DNA from: Octopus sinensis
Taxonomy: Eukaryota
Direction: 5' to 3'
DNA: 64,000 nt
NCBI RefSeq assembly: GCF_006345805.1
Contig: NC_042999.1
Span: forward strand, 113,398,001-113,462,000
Shown here one piece after another: positions 38,982 to 51,339 of this stretch. Numbering within the stretch: the stretch's first letter is position 1; every line of letters begins with the position of its first letter. Made by a program: the position numbers and the translations under genes. The notes beneath the pieces are model-generated. The model was not told the DNA's origin, did not search any database, and was given only the letters and a program-made list of their open reading frames with translations.

Positions 38982-39250
38982 TCAGAAATCCTTAAAGTGG
39001 TCTGTTTTGCTACATGAACAACAGTTCGATCCTCTCCACAACTCACACTTGTCTGCACCCTTCTGATGCGAACAACACATGGGACTCCAGAGATATACCT
39101 GTTTTACTCTACGAATGTGGATCCTCCGTAATCTTCCACCATTGCTACTATTTCTGCTTGGTCCCTGTGGTGTGGCACATTGGAGAACCATATCTTCGTC
39201 ACCCATTTTTCCAAGTATAGTGGAATCATGACAAAATCTTGTGAAATGCA
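38982..39250 (-). pseudogene. Relic containing a CCHC zinc knuckle (gag/ORF1-like)
   Basis: C-CS-C-SKTD-H-FKDF-(TGA) fits CX2CX4HX4C if the last Cys codon has mutated to a stop. Confidence 0.4.
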
Positions 39251-40696
39251 CGTGGTAGTAGCAACACTTCTAGCCTTCACCTCGCTGTTACCGACAACAA
39301 CAACGGTCCCATAGTGTTTGCCTCTTGTTAGGTATCCTACTGTGAGTCACACTTCCTGCAGGCATTTTCCCACATATGCTGGACTGAGATACTATGCTTG
39401 TGCAATATGTTTGTTGTTTTTTGCTCTTTCTTACTACTATGTATAGACGTGATAAGTTTCTGGTATCCTGGGAGAGTAGTATCGCATTTATATCATTTTA
39501 AATGTTTCTTCTTGTGATCGAGTGACTGAATAATCTGCTCACTACCGATTTTTTAATCAAATGAAGTTTTCTTTCGAGTCTCTATGTTGTTGTTGTTGTT
39601 GTTGTTGTCGTCGTCGTTGTCGTTCATTTTGTTTTCTTCAGTACTATTCAGTTGATTCGAAGCAGACGACGCCAATTCATTTTTCCTCTCTGATTTAGTA
39701 TGTCATTGCCATAGCTACAACAGTGATGTTGTTACTAAGACAGGCTCTAAGAAAACTCATATCTCCGCCTAGATCTCAGTCCGCCACTCTGTCTGTTGTT
39801 GTCCCTCTGCCCTCCCTCTCTCTCTCTTTTTCTAGTTCAACTTTCAACTTTCTTTCACTCCCTATATGTTATATTCTCCGCTGAACATTACAAATTCTTC
39901 ACATGAATCCAAGTTTACTTTCTTATAAAAAAAAACTGATAATTTTTCCAATGCAAAATTTTAAAAACGTACGATTCCTTTGACTGAGAGAGGGTCGAGC
40001 AAAATGGAAAATCTCGCCAAGAAAAAATGCGGATTCATTCCTCTATACAGATAGCAAAAATTTTTAAACTAAAACACATCTCAATACGCTTAAAAACTAA
40101 AAGAATTCGGTAATTTTACACAGCCGAGATCGAGTTCCCTGTCAATAACTATAGGTTTTGATTTAATCACTTGCCAACAATTTTAGATGGAGGGTTTTAG
40201 TCGATACCTTCGACAGCAATACATGACTGGTACTTTATTTTGTCGATCTCAGAAGGATGAAAGGCTAAGTTTACCACAGCGGGATTTAAACTCAAAATAA
40301 ATACCGCCCTAATTTTCAATATATTAGTAAAGAAATATCAACTTCAAATTACACTGTAATTTTATAATATATGACACAGAGCGGGAAAAAATGAGAAAAA
40401 GAGATCGTGTTTAAAAAGTTGAATGCATGTTGTTTAAAAGAAATAAATATTTATTAGAAATTAATAAACAAATAACAATGATATAGATGGCAGTATTATC
40501 GTAAACAGATTTATCATTTTATGAAATAATTATTGAACAATACAATTAATCAAATATTTTGTTGGTTACATAAATTCCATATCCCCCTAAATTCTATACT
40601 GTAATGAACAGGTCGTATGACATCAGCTTTACGTTCTCTTGGAGACTATTCAGAAATTCCATGTAAAAATTATCAGCTTGAGAGAGATGAAATATT

Positions 40697-40914
40697 GGCT
40701 TCAAGTTTAGGCACAAGGACAGCAAATTCTGTGGCAGGGTGGGGGGCAATCGATTTCATCGACCCAGTACTTAACTGGTACTTATTTTATCGACTCTGAA
40801 AAGGACGAAAGACAAAGTCGACACTGACGGCATTTGAACTCGAACGTAAAGTCGAAAAAAAATTTTCACTCAGCACTTTCTTCGGCACAGTTTCCATTCT
40901 GTCATCTCGCTGCC

Positions 40915-40960
<46 letters not shown>

Positions 40961-41203
40961 ATTGGTTTCAAATTTTGGCACAAGGCCAACAATTTCGGGG
41001 AAGGGGATTGGTTAGTTGATTACATCGACCCTAGTGCTCAACTGGTACTTATTTTATCGATCCCGAAAAGGATGAAAAGGCAAAGTCGACTTCGGCGGAA
41101 TTTGAACTCAGAACGTAAAGACGGTTGAAATGTTACTAAGCATTTTGCCCGGCATGCTAACCATTCTGGTCGCTCGCCGCCTACTACCAGCTCGCCGCCC
41201 ACG
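40697..41203 (-). mobile_element. Two head-to-tail Meta-like SINEs between copies of one target sequence
   Basis: GAGAGATGAAATATT at 40682-40696 and 41204-41218. A (GA)-expanded version sits between the two SINEs at about 40918-40963. Confidence 0.8.
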
Positions 41204-42299
41204 GAGAGATGAAATATTAAAGTCAGGTTTTCAAAAAATTACCAATCTTAGAAACAATTCATTTTTTCAAGGATCTACCAACCGTTAATAAGATTTTTCA
41301 ATTCAAAGAAGCAATCAAAAAGTTTAACATTTGTTATTTTTTAAATTCATTTCATTAAACATTATCACAGGGCATTAGATATAATCTATTTTGTTATCTG
41401 CTTCATACGGACGTTTTAATACTTTTATTTTATCTATTTATTTATTTTACTTTTTTTTCTGTTCTAGCCGTTCTTCATTTGAGCAGGGTCCGTTTGTTTT
41501 TATTCGTGTGTTTACAATATTGCTGCAGTCGACGGCTTTATACGGACGATTAAATTAATTGGATAAATAAATAAATAATATTTTATGTTTATTTTAATGA
41601 TCTAGTCAAACTTCTGTCGACCTGTGAAAAAAAACCCAGAGAACTGTCTTGACTCAAGAATAGGATTGGAATGCAATTTCCTTTGTATTTGGATTTAATG
41701 ACATTAAACTGCATTGAATTGAAACGACATGAAATTGTGCCGTGGCTAATCTACGATGGTTAATCTCCGCACGAAAGATGACTGAGTGTTTTATTTGTGA
41801 AGGACAAATAGAAAGTTATAACGTTCGAGTATTTTCCTAGTGCTGTATTGCATTCCATAAATTTTCTAAGGTTCGAAGAAGACTATAAATTGTTAGGAGA
41901 GAGAGAGAGAAATGCAGGCGATCGAGATACGTGGTTAGGTTATTATACTGTTTTATTTTATTCAAGACAAATTCCCCCACGAGAATTTTAACATGCAAAG
42001 TAAAAGAAGGAAACTAAAGGTATTTAGATAAAGGTATTTAGTATGGTGCTCTGTTTCTACTCTCCAGTCCATAATGTTGAATTCAAAGCCACAGACTTGC
42101 AGAAGGAAAATATTCGATTAATTTGGATCTAGTACTTATTTTAAATCGTACACCCTTCTGGAATCGACAAGTAAGCATCAATCAACTACTGAGATCGATT
42201 AGATTAAAATTATTCCGCTTCCTAAATATATTGTCTTATGCTTAAGTCAGAAAGCAATGTTGCTTTCCAACATACAAGTAAACACCGATTCTTAAGACA

Positions 42300-42480
42300 A
42301 ATAGGTTTAAAATTTGGGCGATTAAACCAGTTTAAGTACTTGACAGATATTATATTTTATCGACCCCGGATAGCTGAAAGGCAAAGTTGACTTCAGTGGG
42401 ATTTAAACTCAGAACGTCAAGGGTAGTATTCTGAATATTTACCCGGCATTCTAACGATTCTACCAATCAACTGTCCAACA
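42300..42480 (-). mobile_element. Degenerate Meta-like SINE
   Basis: ATTTTATCGACCCCGGA..GGCAAAGTTGACTTC..ACTCAGAACGT. Confidence 0.75.
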
Positions 42481-42703
42481 AATTAGAATTTAATATTAAG
42501 AATGTGAGAGAGGTTACGAAGCAATACATTTTCAACTTAATTTACAACAAAAACTCCACTCATAAAAGTATAATCTTGAGTTCAAAGTGTTGCTAGTTTG
42601 GGTTTAAGGTGAATGGCTACATGTAGAATACTGATTAAATATTGAGAATCATCCTAAACTAACACACCAATTACTTCGTTATTTATGTTGAAACAAATGG
42701 GCA

Positions 42704-42866
42704 TCCTCTACTGAGAGGGAGTCTCTGCTGGGTCATCAAGAAAGGCTCTGCAAAACTAATGAAAGAATCTTCGCTGAGCCATCAAGGAAACTGATTCCAT
42801 GGGGTAACCTCTACTGAGCTGCTAGGGAAGCTTTTACTGAGCCAACGAAAGAGCTTCTGCTGAGTC

Positions 42867-42915
<49 letters not shown>

Positions 42916-43146
42916 GAGAGGGAGAGAGAGAGAGAGAACAGCTGAGCCATCACGGGAATCTCTACTGAGCAAACGAGAGAACGTTTGGAAAACCAACATG
43001 GTAGTCTTTACTGAGCTAAGAAACCTCTGCTGAGCAATTAAAGAAGTTCTATTGAGCAAATGAAGGAGCTTCTGTTAAGACACCAAGGAATCCTCTACTG
43101 AGCCAACGATGGAGCTTCTCTTGAGTCAACGAGGGAACCTCTATGC
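42704..43146. repeat. Degenerate minisatellite, unit about 23 bp, interrupted by (GA)n
   Basis: About 15 units of approximate consensus CYTCTRCTGAGCCAACGARGGAR. Confidence 0.8.
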
Positions 43147-43689
43147 ACTCATTCAATTTCCTATAAAAATCAGCCAAATCTTCTTCAAATCACACCCACT
43201 GTCTCCAAACAAACAAACATTAGACCATGTCCTAAATACGTTGTTTTTTTATGAAAAGGACGAGATTACAAAGGCGGAACGGCTTTAGTCAGATATCAGT
43301 ATGATCAGAGTTGATCTGGGGCTCAATAATAATAAAATGATGTCTATATGTCCCTAGTGCAAAACCTATGAGTTGTTCCTGAATATTTAATCCGTGCAGA
43401 GGATGAACTCGAGTTATTCAAAACAGATCCTGCTACCACCACCTCCGATGCTACTGCTGCTGTTGCTACAGGAGGACTATTGTGTCAAAGGTGGGAAACT
43501 CTTTACCTGTATTCATATTTGTTCAGAAGTGACGATCTTTTTTTCCTGATGTAATATCAAGATGAGATTTTCATTTATTAAATATTTAACGGCTTATTTA
43601 AGGATAGTATACCGTGTAAGTAGGTTCTCAAAACGGACTTGCTGCTTTAATTAAGAAGGATACAAGACTGGAGTCTCATATTTTAATAG

Positions 43690-44520
43690 TACCATTAGTA
43701 TTCCTATTTTCTCATGGAATAAACATTATAAAATATATTAACTTCATTATTAAAAAGAATCAGAAATTGAACACGAGAGAATTGAAATAAATTCAAAGAA
43801 TATTGAGACAGAATATGGTGATTTAATGTACCTTTGCAAGGTGTGGCGACTCAGTAAAGGACACATACTCAAGTTATTTTATGAGCTGGAAAATGAAATT
43901 AAACATTTTACAATATGAATTCTCATAGGAGGACAAAATATGGTTATATAATTTTGTTGACATCATTAGCCACTTAGATAATTTATGGATGATAAAATGA
44001 ATTCTCCTTGTGAAATTAGAGGACAAACAACGGTTATGTGATTCTGTCGATATCAATCGCCTCTTACATTATCTAAGTTTGACATTATAAGGATCAAATC
44101 TGATTATTACCTCTCTTCTTGCCAGTATTAATTGTTCATAACTTAACTAAAGAAGCACCATTTAGCACATTTCCCCTTACTGAAAGAACAGGAATTGGAA
44201 TCGAGGGTGGAATATTTTACAGAGTGTTTCAAATTTGATGGCCAATTTCAAAAGAGTTTTCCATTACGAATGTATGAAACTCCTTTAGATATGTCAACAG
44301 ATGAAGTTCATCAACCCTTGAATCTCGAATTCATTTACAATCAGATTATACCTTAATGTCCAAATTTAATACCGTATCCATCTCAGTATTTTATTAATCT
44401 TATGGGGTGGTTGACAAATTTCGGTTTTGAATTGAAAATTGTATCACTTATTTCTACTACTTACCGATCCGAACAGTTATTTTTAATTTCACTTGATTTT
44501 TTTTTTTTCTTAGATTCACT
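43690..44520 (+). pseudogene. Decayed hAT transposase (Charlie/SPIN-like)
   Basis: TEYGDLMYLCKVWRLSKGHILKLFYELENEIKHF corresponds to the hAT EYGDL..VRWLS.G motif. VDIISHL follows. Many stops. Confidence 0.75.
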
Positions 44521-44989
44521 CTCAGGAAACAGTTGCAGATAATAAATAATCTTGCAAACCAACTGAGAATTTCTACATCATCAGCCCCATTTCAAATTTC
44601 TGAGATCTCCGAAGAATAAAACAGAAGCAACTTTCTCATTAAAATGTTGGATAAGAATACATTATTTTTTATCTATATATTACTCTAGGGTATCTTTGAT
44701 GTTGCAGAATTAAAGCATTGTAAATATCTGGATAATTATCTGGATAATTATAGATAGATTTTTAATTACTGTTGTTTAATATATTTATGCATGTGATTGA
44801 ACATAATTAAAGACACTAAATTACGTTAATTCTTCACAAGTTTTTCATTACTCCTCCGATATTTTACATTCTTCTCAAATTGATCTATTTACTGTCAAAT
44901 TTTTTTCAACCTTGTGAAATAATTTTTGATAACAAAGTATTTCAAATTTTACACAAGACCAGCAATGTTTTTGGGAAGGGGGTTACTCG

Positions 44990-45043
<54 letters not shown>

Positions 45044-45271
45044 TAATAATAATAATAATAATATAATAATAATAATAGCAGCAAAAATAGAAGCGTGCTA
45101 TTGTTATCAAATGAATGATATTTCTACATCTCGTGTGTCTTCTCAGGCTCAAAAAATAAACTTGTCAATCTACTTTATTTTAGTAGATGTCGAAATATCG
45201 TTGACTTGATAACAATGGCTCTCTTCTATTTTTACTTCTATATCTTCTGGAGGAGTTACCTCAGTCCTATA

Positions 45272-45361
<90 letters not shown>

Positions 45362-45374
45362 TAATAACAACAAC

Positions 45375-45409
<35 letters not shown>

Positions 45410-45420
45410 TAATAATAATA

Positions 45421-47093
45421 GCCATATGTTGAGAGGAATTCTTTAGGGCTTGAATATCAAGAGTCATTTTCCAAGGGGACTCGTTGTCCCCTTTAATATT
45501 TGTCATATGTTTGATCCCACCACCACCACCACCCACCACCTCCAGTTTGGTATTAAGGAAGGCAAAGGCAGGGTATCACTTCAGAAATAGTAAGGGAAGA
45601 TTAATCATTTGCTCTACATGAATGATCTGAAGCTTTTTAGTAAGAATGAGAAAGATATATACATAGATAAGTGAGCAATATTAGTCATGAGAAGGGGACA
45701 GGTAGTCAACAGCGAAAGCATCCAATTACCAGATGTTCAGACATTAAAATCATTGAAAGGAGGAGAGAGTTATAAATATGTAGGCGTATTAGAATCTGGC
45801 AGAGTACTAACTACATAAATGAAAGCGAAAATTGAGAAGGAGTACATCAGAAGGGTGAGGAAGCTAATGAAGTCAAAGCTAAATGGTCCGAATCTAGTGA
45901 CGGCTGTAAATACTTGGGCCGTATCATTACTTAGATACTCAGCAGCTTTTGTAGAATTGTATAAAAACTAAATTAGCAAAGCTAAACAGAAGAACTAGGA
46001 AGGAATTCAATATGAATGGAGGACTCCACCCAAGGGCGGGAGTAGCAACATTATACTTACTTAGAAAGGGAGGCGGGAGAGGGTTAATATCAGTAGAAGG
46101 CTGTGTGGAGTTAGTTAGAGTAGATGTAGACTCCTCTGTAGATAATAGTGAAGAAAGTTTAAAAGGTGCTAGAGTCACAGCAAGACATAGGGATACCAAA
46201 AACCCAAACGAACTTAAAAAATCAAGAAAAAGAACTGAAATTATCTGACTGGAGGAGAAGGCGTTGCATAGTAGATTCCCAAAGATAGTTGCAGCAAATA
46301 GTAGTAATAAGGCATGGTTATGGTTGCAAACCTGGAAAGCTGAAGCAGAGGACAGAAAGTTTGTTAGTAGCTGCACAAGATCAAGCATTAAGGATTAACT
46401 GGATAAAAGCCAAAGTAGACAAAAATAAGTAGATTCCCAGTGTCGGTTATGTAAATCAAAAGAGGAAAGCGTTGCTCATATAGTAAATGAATGTAACATG
46501 CTGGCACAGAAAGAATACAAGACATGACAACCTAGGGAGAATAATCCACTAGGTGTTATGTAGAAAGGTAGGATTTGACCATACTAATAAATGGTATGAA
46601 CATGAACCTAACAAAGTACCAGAAAGTAAGAAATACAAAATGTAGGACTTTAACATTCAGACTGACACAGTAATTGAAGCTAGAAGGCTTGATTTAGTAG
46701 AAGGTAGATAAAAAGAATAGTAAGCGCCAGATAATTGATTTTACAATCCCAAATGAGGAAAAAACCAATATGAAAGGTATAGAAAAAAATAGCAAAGTAC
46801 CAGGACCTAGCCATTGAAATGTAGAGACTATGGAAAGTACTGGTAAAATTTATCCCAGTAGTTATAGGTGCATTGGGAACTATCTCTAAAGATCTGAACA
46901 GATGGATAGAGGAAATAGGCATAAGCAGATGGATGGAGTAAATAGGCATAAGACCCAGTTTAGTACAGCTGCAGAAATCAGTGTTATTGGGGACAGCTAG
47001 GATATTTAGGAGGGTTCTTGGCATCTATGTTTACTTGTTGTAGCCCGATGTTAAGATTTTTTTCTTTCCAACAGTCTAATCTGTTGTGTATAT
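45421..47093 (+). mobile_element. R4/Dong-like retrotransposon, RT motifs through RLE, decayed, flanked by (TAA)n
   Basis: FQGDSLSPLIF, HLLYMNDLKLF, YKYVGVLE, AVNTWAVSLLRYS, LYLLRKGGGRGL, CRLCKSKEESVAHIVNEC, KYQDLAIE and IPVVIGALG. Confidence 0.9.
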
Positions 47094-47109
47094 ATTAATA
47101 ATAATAATA

Positions 47110-47148
<39 letters not shown>

Positions 47149-47191
47149 TAATAATAACAACAACAACAACAACAACAACTACAACAACAAC

Positions 47192-47229
<38 letters not shown>

Positions 47230-47291
47230 CAACAACAATAACAATAACAATAATAATAATAATTATTATAATAATAATAATAATAATAATT

Positions 47292-47814
47292 AACATCAGA
47301 AAAAAGATGGTATAGGCACACACCAGAAAAGGTCACAGAAAACCAGAAAGCAACCATACTCTGGGATATGCCGATACACACAGATAGAGAAATTAAGGCC
47401 AACAGACCAGATATAGTTGTCAGAGATCATGAAGAAAAAAAATGCTTTCTAATTGATGTATCAATACCGGCAGATGACAACGTGTCTCTAAAAGAAATTG
47501 AGAAACTCTCAAAATACAAAGACCTGGAAATAGAGGTAACTAGAATGTGGAATCTGAAAACAGAAACAATTCCTATCATAGTAGGTGCATTAGGCATGAT
47601 AAAAAAATATTCAGACAAATACATAACAAAAACACCAGGACTTACAAACACATATAACATACAGAAAATTGCACTACTAGGCACTGCACACATCCTACGC
47701 AGAACACTTTCCATACAATAACCATCAGAGCATCACAACAAATCACAGCACATACCCAAGGCACACAGAGCTGCGCTCGGTAGTGAAGTGAAAGCACGCT
47801 ATAAAATAAAACTA

Positions 47815-47819
<5 letters not shown>
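47292..47819 (+). mobile_element. Young 5'-truncated R4/Dong-like copy with open RLE, flanked by (TAA)n
   Basis: WYRHTPEKV..ILWDMPIHTDREIKANRPDIVV..IDVSIP..KLSKYKDLEIE..LGTAHILRR, with no stop until 47721. Confidence 0.92.
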
Positions 47820-47847
<28 letters not shown>

Positions 47848-47848
<1 letters not shown>

Positions 47849-47985
47849 GTGTCATAATTGGTCTAGACACCTAAACTCTGATGTCTGGATGTTAAAACTT
47901 GTCTCAAAGCATGAAAACAAGAAAGTATCATACTCATTAACAAAACAGGCAAAGGAATATCTGAGTTCCAAATGCAACAAATTCC
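47848..47985 (+). mobile_element. R4/Dong-like internal fragment
   Basis: IIGLDT..WMLKLVSKHENKK..TKQAKEYL, the same region as 33700. Confidence 0.65.
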
Positions 47986-47989
47986 TTTT

Positions 47990-48190
47990 GAGTGGGGTGG
48001 GATACTCGACCTGAAGAAAATTCTTACTGGGTCCCACCTGCAAAGTCATGCGCTGTTTATCTTGATATGAGATCATCATGTCGCGCAGATATAGTTGGGA
48101 TGCATGTACCTGGTGTACCCTTATCAGACCGGTAGTCATGATGGATATACTGGGTTTCGTATATTTTACCCCAATGTCATTTTGATGGCT
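47990..48190 (-). repeat. Unclassified interspersed repeat
   Basis: Its end (ATATTTTACCCCAATGTCA..TTTGATG) also occurs inverted at 20885-20915. Confidence 0.55.
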
Positions 48191-48207
48191 CTCAATAATA
48201 ATAATAA

Positions 48208-49200
48208 TGCCTTCTTTATTGACCACTAAGGGTCCACAAAAAAATTGGGGACAGTACAGCGGGAGTTACATAAATTGAAGCGTGTAAACAGTAAAATAAA
48301 AACGATAATATAAATTTTAACAACGAAAAATTTCCCAAAACGCATGACCTCTTAGGGTTTGTCTTGGAGATCATACAAAACAACAGTAACATTGACTACA
48401 AGGGCATGTGCCCTCTCCACATTGACCTCCTCAGTCTACAGGCGCATGCTTAGAGTAAGCCAGTTCACTCGAACCATTCTTGCTGCATTCACCCATCTTC
48501 CAATAAAATTGCTGGGAGGCAACGCATCCCTCTTTACCCTCATCTTCCTTTTCAAATGACGCTTGAAAAAGTTGACAAAAGTTTGCCAAAGAGAACAGTG
48601 TCTGTCTTCAGCCCTTTCAATCTGGTCTACCACACAACCTCTTTCGCTGAGGCCACCAGACAAATAAACATTGTCTACCCTTCCTGGTCAAACGAAGGCG
48701 GCGGGACGACCTTCACAATGAACTCAGCCGATAGCAAAATCCATTCTACACCTGACAGCAGATGTTCGACATTAACCCACAAGTCAGCAAAGCTCAGACA
48801 CTGAACTAGAAGGTAGAGAACAGTTTCGTTGCTCTGCGCGCATCTCGAGCAACCTCGGCTGACGGCACTTCCAAGCTTGTAGGGTAAATTCTGAACCGGC
48901 AATGCTCCCCATAATACTGCCAGGCCAGGTATTTCTGAAAATTACCCAAGGAGCTCCGGCCCAAAAGTACTCCAGAACAAACCAGCCAGCTAATTCTCGT
49001 CGACGCCCAGAGTCTCTCCGAGAGCGTGATCGCACTTGCTCTCCACTAACCCTCTGTAGAACACCAAAGCGGAACTTCCACTGACCGCATTGCTTGACTG
49101 ACAGAAGAATGCGTTCATAGGAAAACCTCCGACCCCCGAAGAAATAGGGCTGTCCATCCCCTATCAGAGCATAAACTTTGAACGTACCCGCCTTACGTGA
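48208..49200 (-). mobile_element. Tx1-clade L1 ORF2 3' end, second copy
   Basis: CSRCAQSNETVLYLLVQC. Collinear with 34927-35880. 3' end CCCTTAGTGGTCAATAAAGAA. Confidence 0.85.
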
Positions 49201-49544
49201 TTAACGCTCCCACGGTTATATCATTGAGACCTTCTACCTTTCATTACCACCAGCACTTGCTGCCCTCCTGGGATATATATTAGGTTAGGGATTTTCTCAA
49301 ATGGTTCAAGTTTCATCTGAATCAAAATATCCAACCCCACTCCAAATGAATTTTTTTTCGGAATCTGTTTATTTATAGCAGCATGGTAGGGTCATTTAAA
49401 GCTACACATTTTATCACCCATCAGAAGTCTAGTTCTGGTGATACGATTGAAATTTTTACACGGTCACTCTCCGTTCCAGATAAATCGGTGCCAGCGGAAA
49501 ATAACTCGGGTGTATCCGATCTTATGTAGATGTCCCACATGTTT

Positions 49545-49765
49545 TGCCATGTGTGTGTGTTTGTGTGTCTGTGTTTGTCCCCCTAGCATTGCTTGACAAC
49601 CGATGCTGGTGTGTTTACGTCCCCGTCACTTAGCGGTTCGGCAAAAAGAGACCGATAAAATAAGTACTGGGCTTACAAAGAATAAGTCCCAGGGTCGATT
49701 TGCTCGACTAAAGGCGGTGCTCCAGCATGGCCGCAGTCAAATGACTGAAACAAGTAAAAGTAAAA
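49545..49765 (+). mobile_element. CORE-type SINE 3' half
   Basis: Near-consensus GCTTGACAACCG..GGCGGTGCTCCAGCATGGCCGCAGTCAAATGACTGAAACAAGTAAAAG. Confidence 0.85.
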
Positions 49766-50319
49766 GTAATATACTTTAATTTGTGTCTTTTCGTCGATAA
49801 GCACATAGACTGAAATGTTTTCTTTTCTGTTTGGTCTAAAAGATCTTGCAGTATATTGAACATAACTTTTCTCTGTTCTCTTTTGTGAGTGTATTTCTCC
49901 GTCTCTTTTAAATGTTCAGACTTATTGTACAAATATAGTGAAATGAAATCGAACATATTTGTGATCTTGGCAAAACAAATATTTTAGGCTGTGTTTTCAC
50001 CGTTGTTGTTGTTGGTGGTGGTGGTGGTGGTGGTGGTGGTGTGATGCTGGTGCTGGTGGCTGACAATTCTTCGTTTGATCCAAACACTTCTATTCTACCC
50101 TGTTTCGACTTCTTGTTTCTTTTACTGGTAATTTAGTCGTTTTTCTTTAGACTGAACATTTCTTTTCTTTTCAATTCTTTTCAACTCAGGGTTAAGGAAA
50201 GACGTATTTTGAGACGAAATACGTCATTTGTTTAAGATTATATACACTTCATATGTACTTCAAAATAACTTGATTGACCAAGAAACTTTGAGTGAAAAGA
50301 TTTTGCTGAATGCGGAGAG

Positions 50320-50500
50320 CTAGCAGAATCGGTAGCACGAGGGACAAAATGCTTAGCGGCATTTCTTCCAGTTCCTTGAGTTCTGAGATCATATAGTACC
50401 AAAATCATCTTAGCCTTTCATCCCTTCGGTATCGATAAAGTAAAATATCAGTCAATTACTGGAGTTGATGCAATCGGCTTGTCTCTTCTTTCAAAATTTG
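50320..50500 (+). mobile_element. Degenerate Meta-like SINE, followed by a V-domain scrap at about 50515-50545
   Basis: GAGCTAGCAGAATCGGTAGCACG..GCCTTTCATCCCTTCGG..GATAAAG, then AATGGACTGGCATCC. Confidence 0.65.
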
Positions 50501-51339
50501 CTGCCCTCGTAACTCTGCAATGGACTGGCATCCTATTCGGCAAGAAATGTGATCTCTGTCACTCATACGTCATGGAAATCAGGTAAGCACCTTTATAAAT
50601 ACTGGAGTTCGAAAAAATATCTCCCATAATATATCATATTGAGCTACCAGCTACTAAAGAAAACGTAAGGGTGGACTCCTCATGACATGCGGCACATCTT
50701 GGGAGCCCATCTTCCTCAAGGTCTGACCATAGCTGACTTCTCAAAAAGAGAAGCAAACAGAGAAAGAGAGACAGAAAGAAAGAGAAGAATCGACCCCACT
50801 TCAAGACTGTTACTTTATCGAGCTCGAAAGGATGAAACGCGAAGTTGACTGTAACGAGGTTTGAACGCTGAACGCAAAGACCCGAAACAAATAATCCAGA
50901 AGTCGGATCTTTTTGTAAACCTGATATGATGTGCAAGAAAACAACACCTAAAAAGATACGAAGAAATAAACAAACACGAAGAAAGAAATAAAAGTACGTG
51001 TACATGCGTGTGTGGTTGGAAAATAAAACTGCTTTGCCATACATTTGAATACGTTCACATACATAACTTCTGTCTATCGATGTAGCTACTTTTCTATTGA
51101 TAAGATATGCATTTGTGTTTGATTGAATAATTCTATGTAAAGAACTAACTAAAAGCCTGCAGTAAGTTAGCCTTTCTAAGATTAACTGTCTCCACCAAAC
51201 GGCTTGGTACAAAGCCAAACCGTTTAGCGGAGAAGTTTTGAATTCAAGATGTAAATATATCAGGTGTTAGATCATATATACACTTTGGCTTACAATCCCT
51301 GCAATGAGATCGGCTGAGATATTAATAATCCCTTATAAT

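Noticed and set aside
41600-41800. Cluster of TAAT/TAATC motifs as a possible enhancer
   Set aside because: Such motifs are expected by chance in AT-rich DNA, and no conservation data are available.
42704-43146. CRISPR-like appearance of the 23-bp repeats
   Set aside because: The units are contiguous and degenerate with no unique spacers, the context is eukaryotic, and there are no cas genes.
50634-51218. 194-aa minus-strand ORF
   Set aside because: It runs through a SINE remnant and low-complexity sequence, with no recognisable domain.
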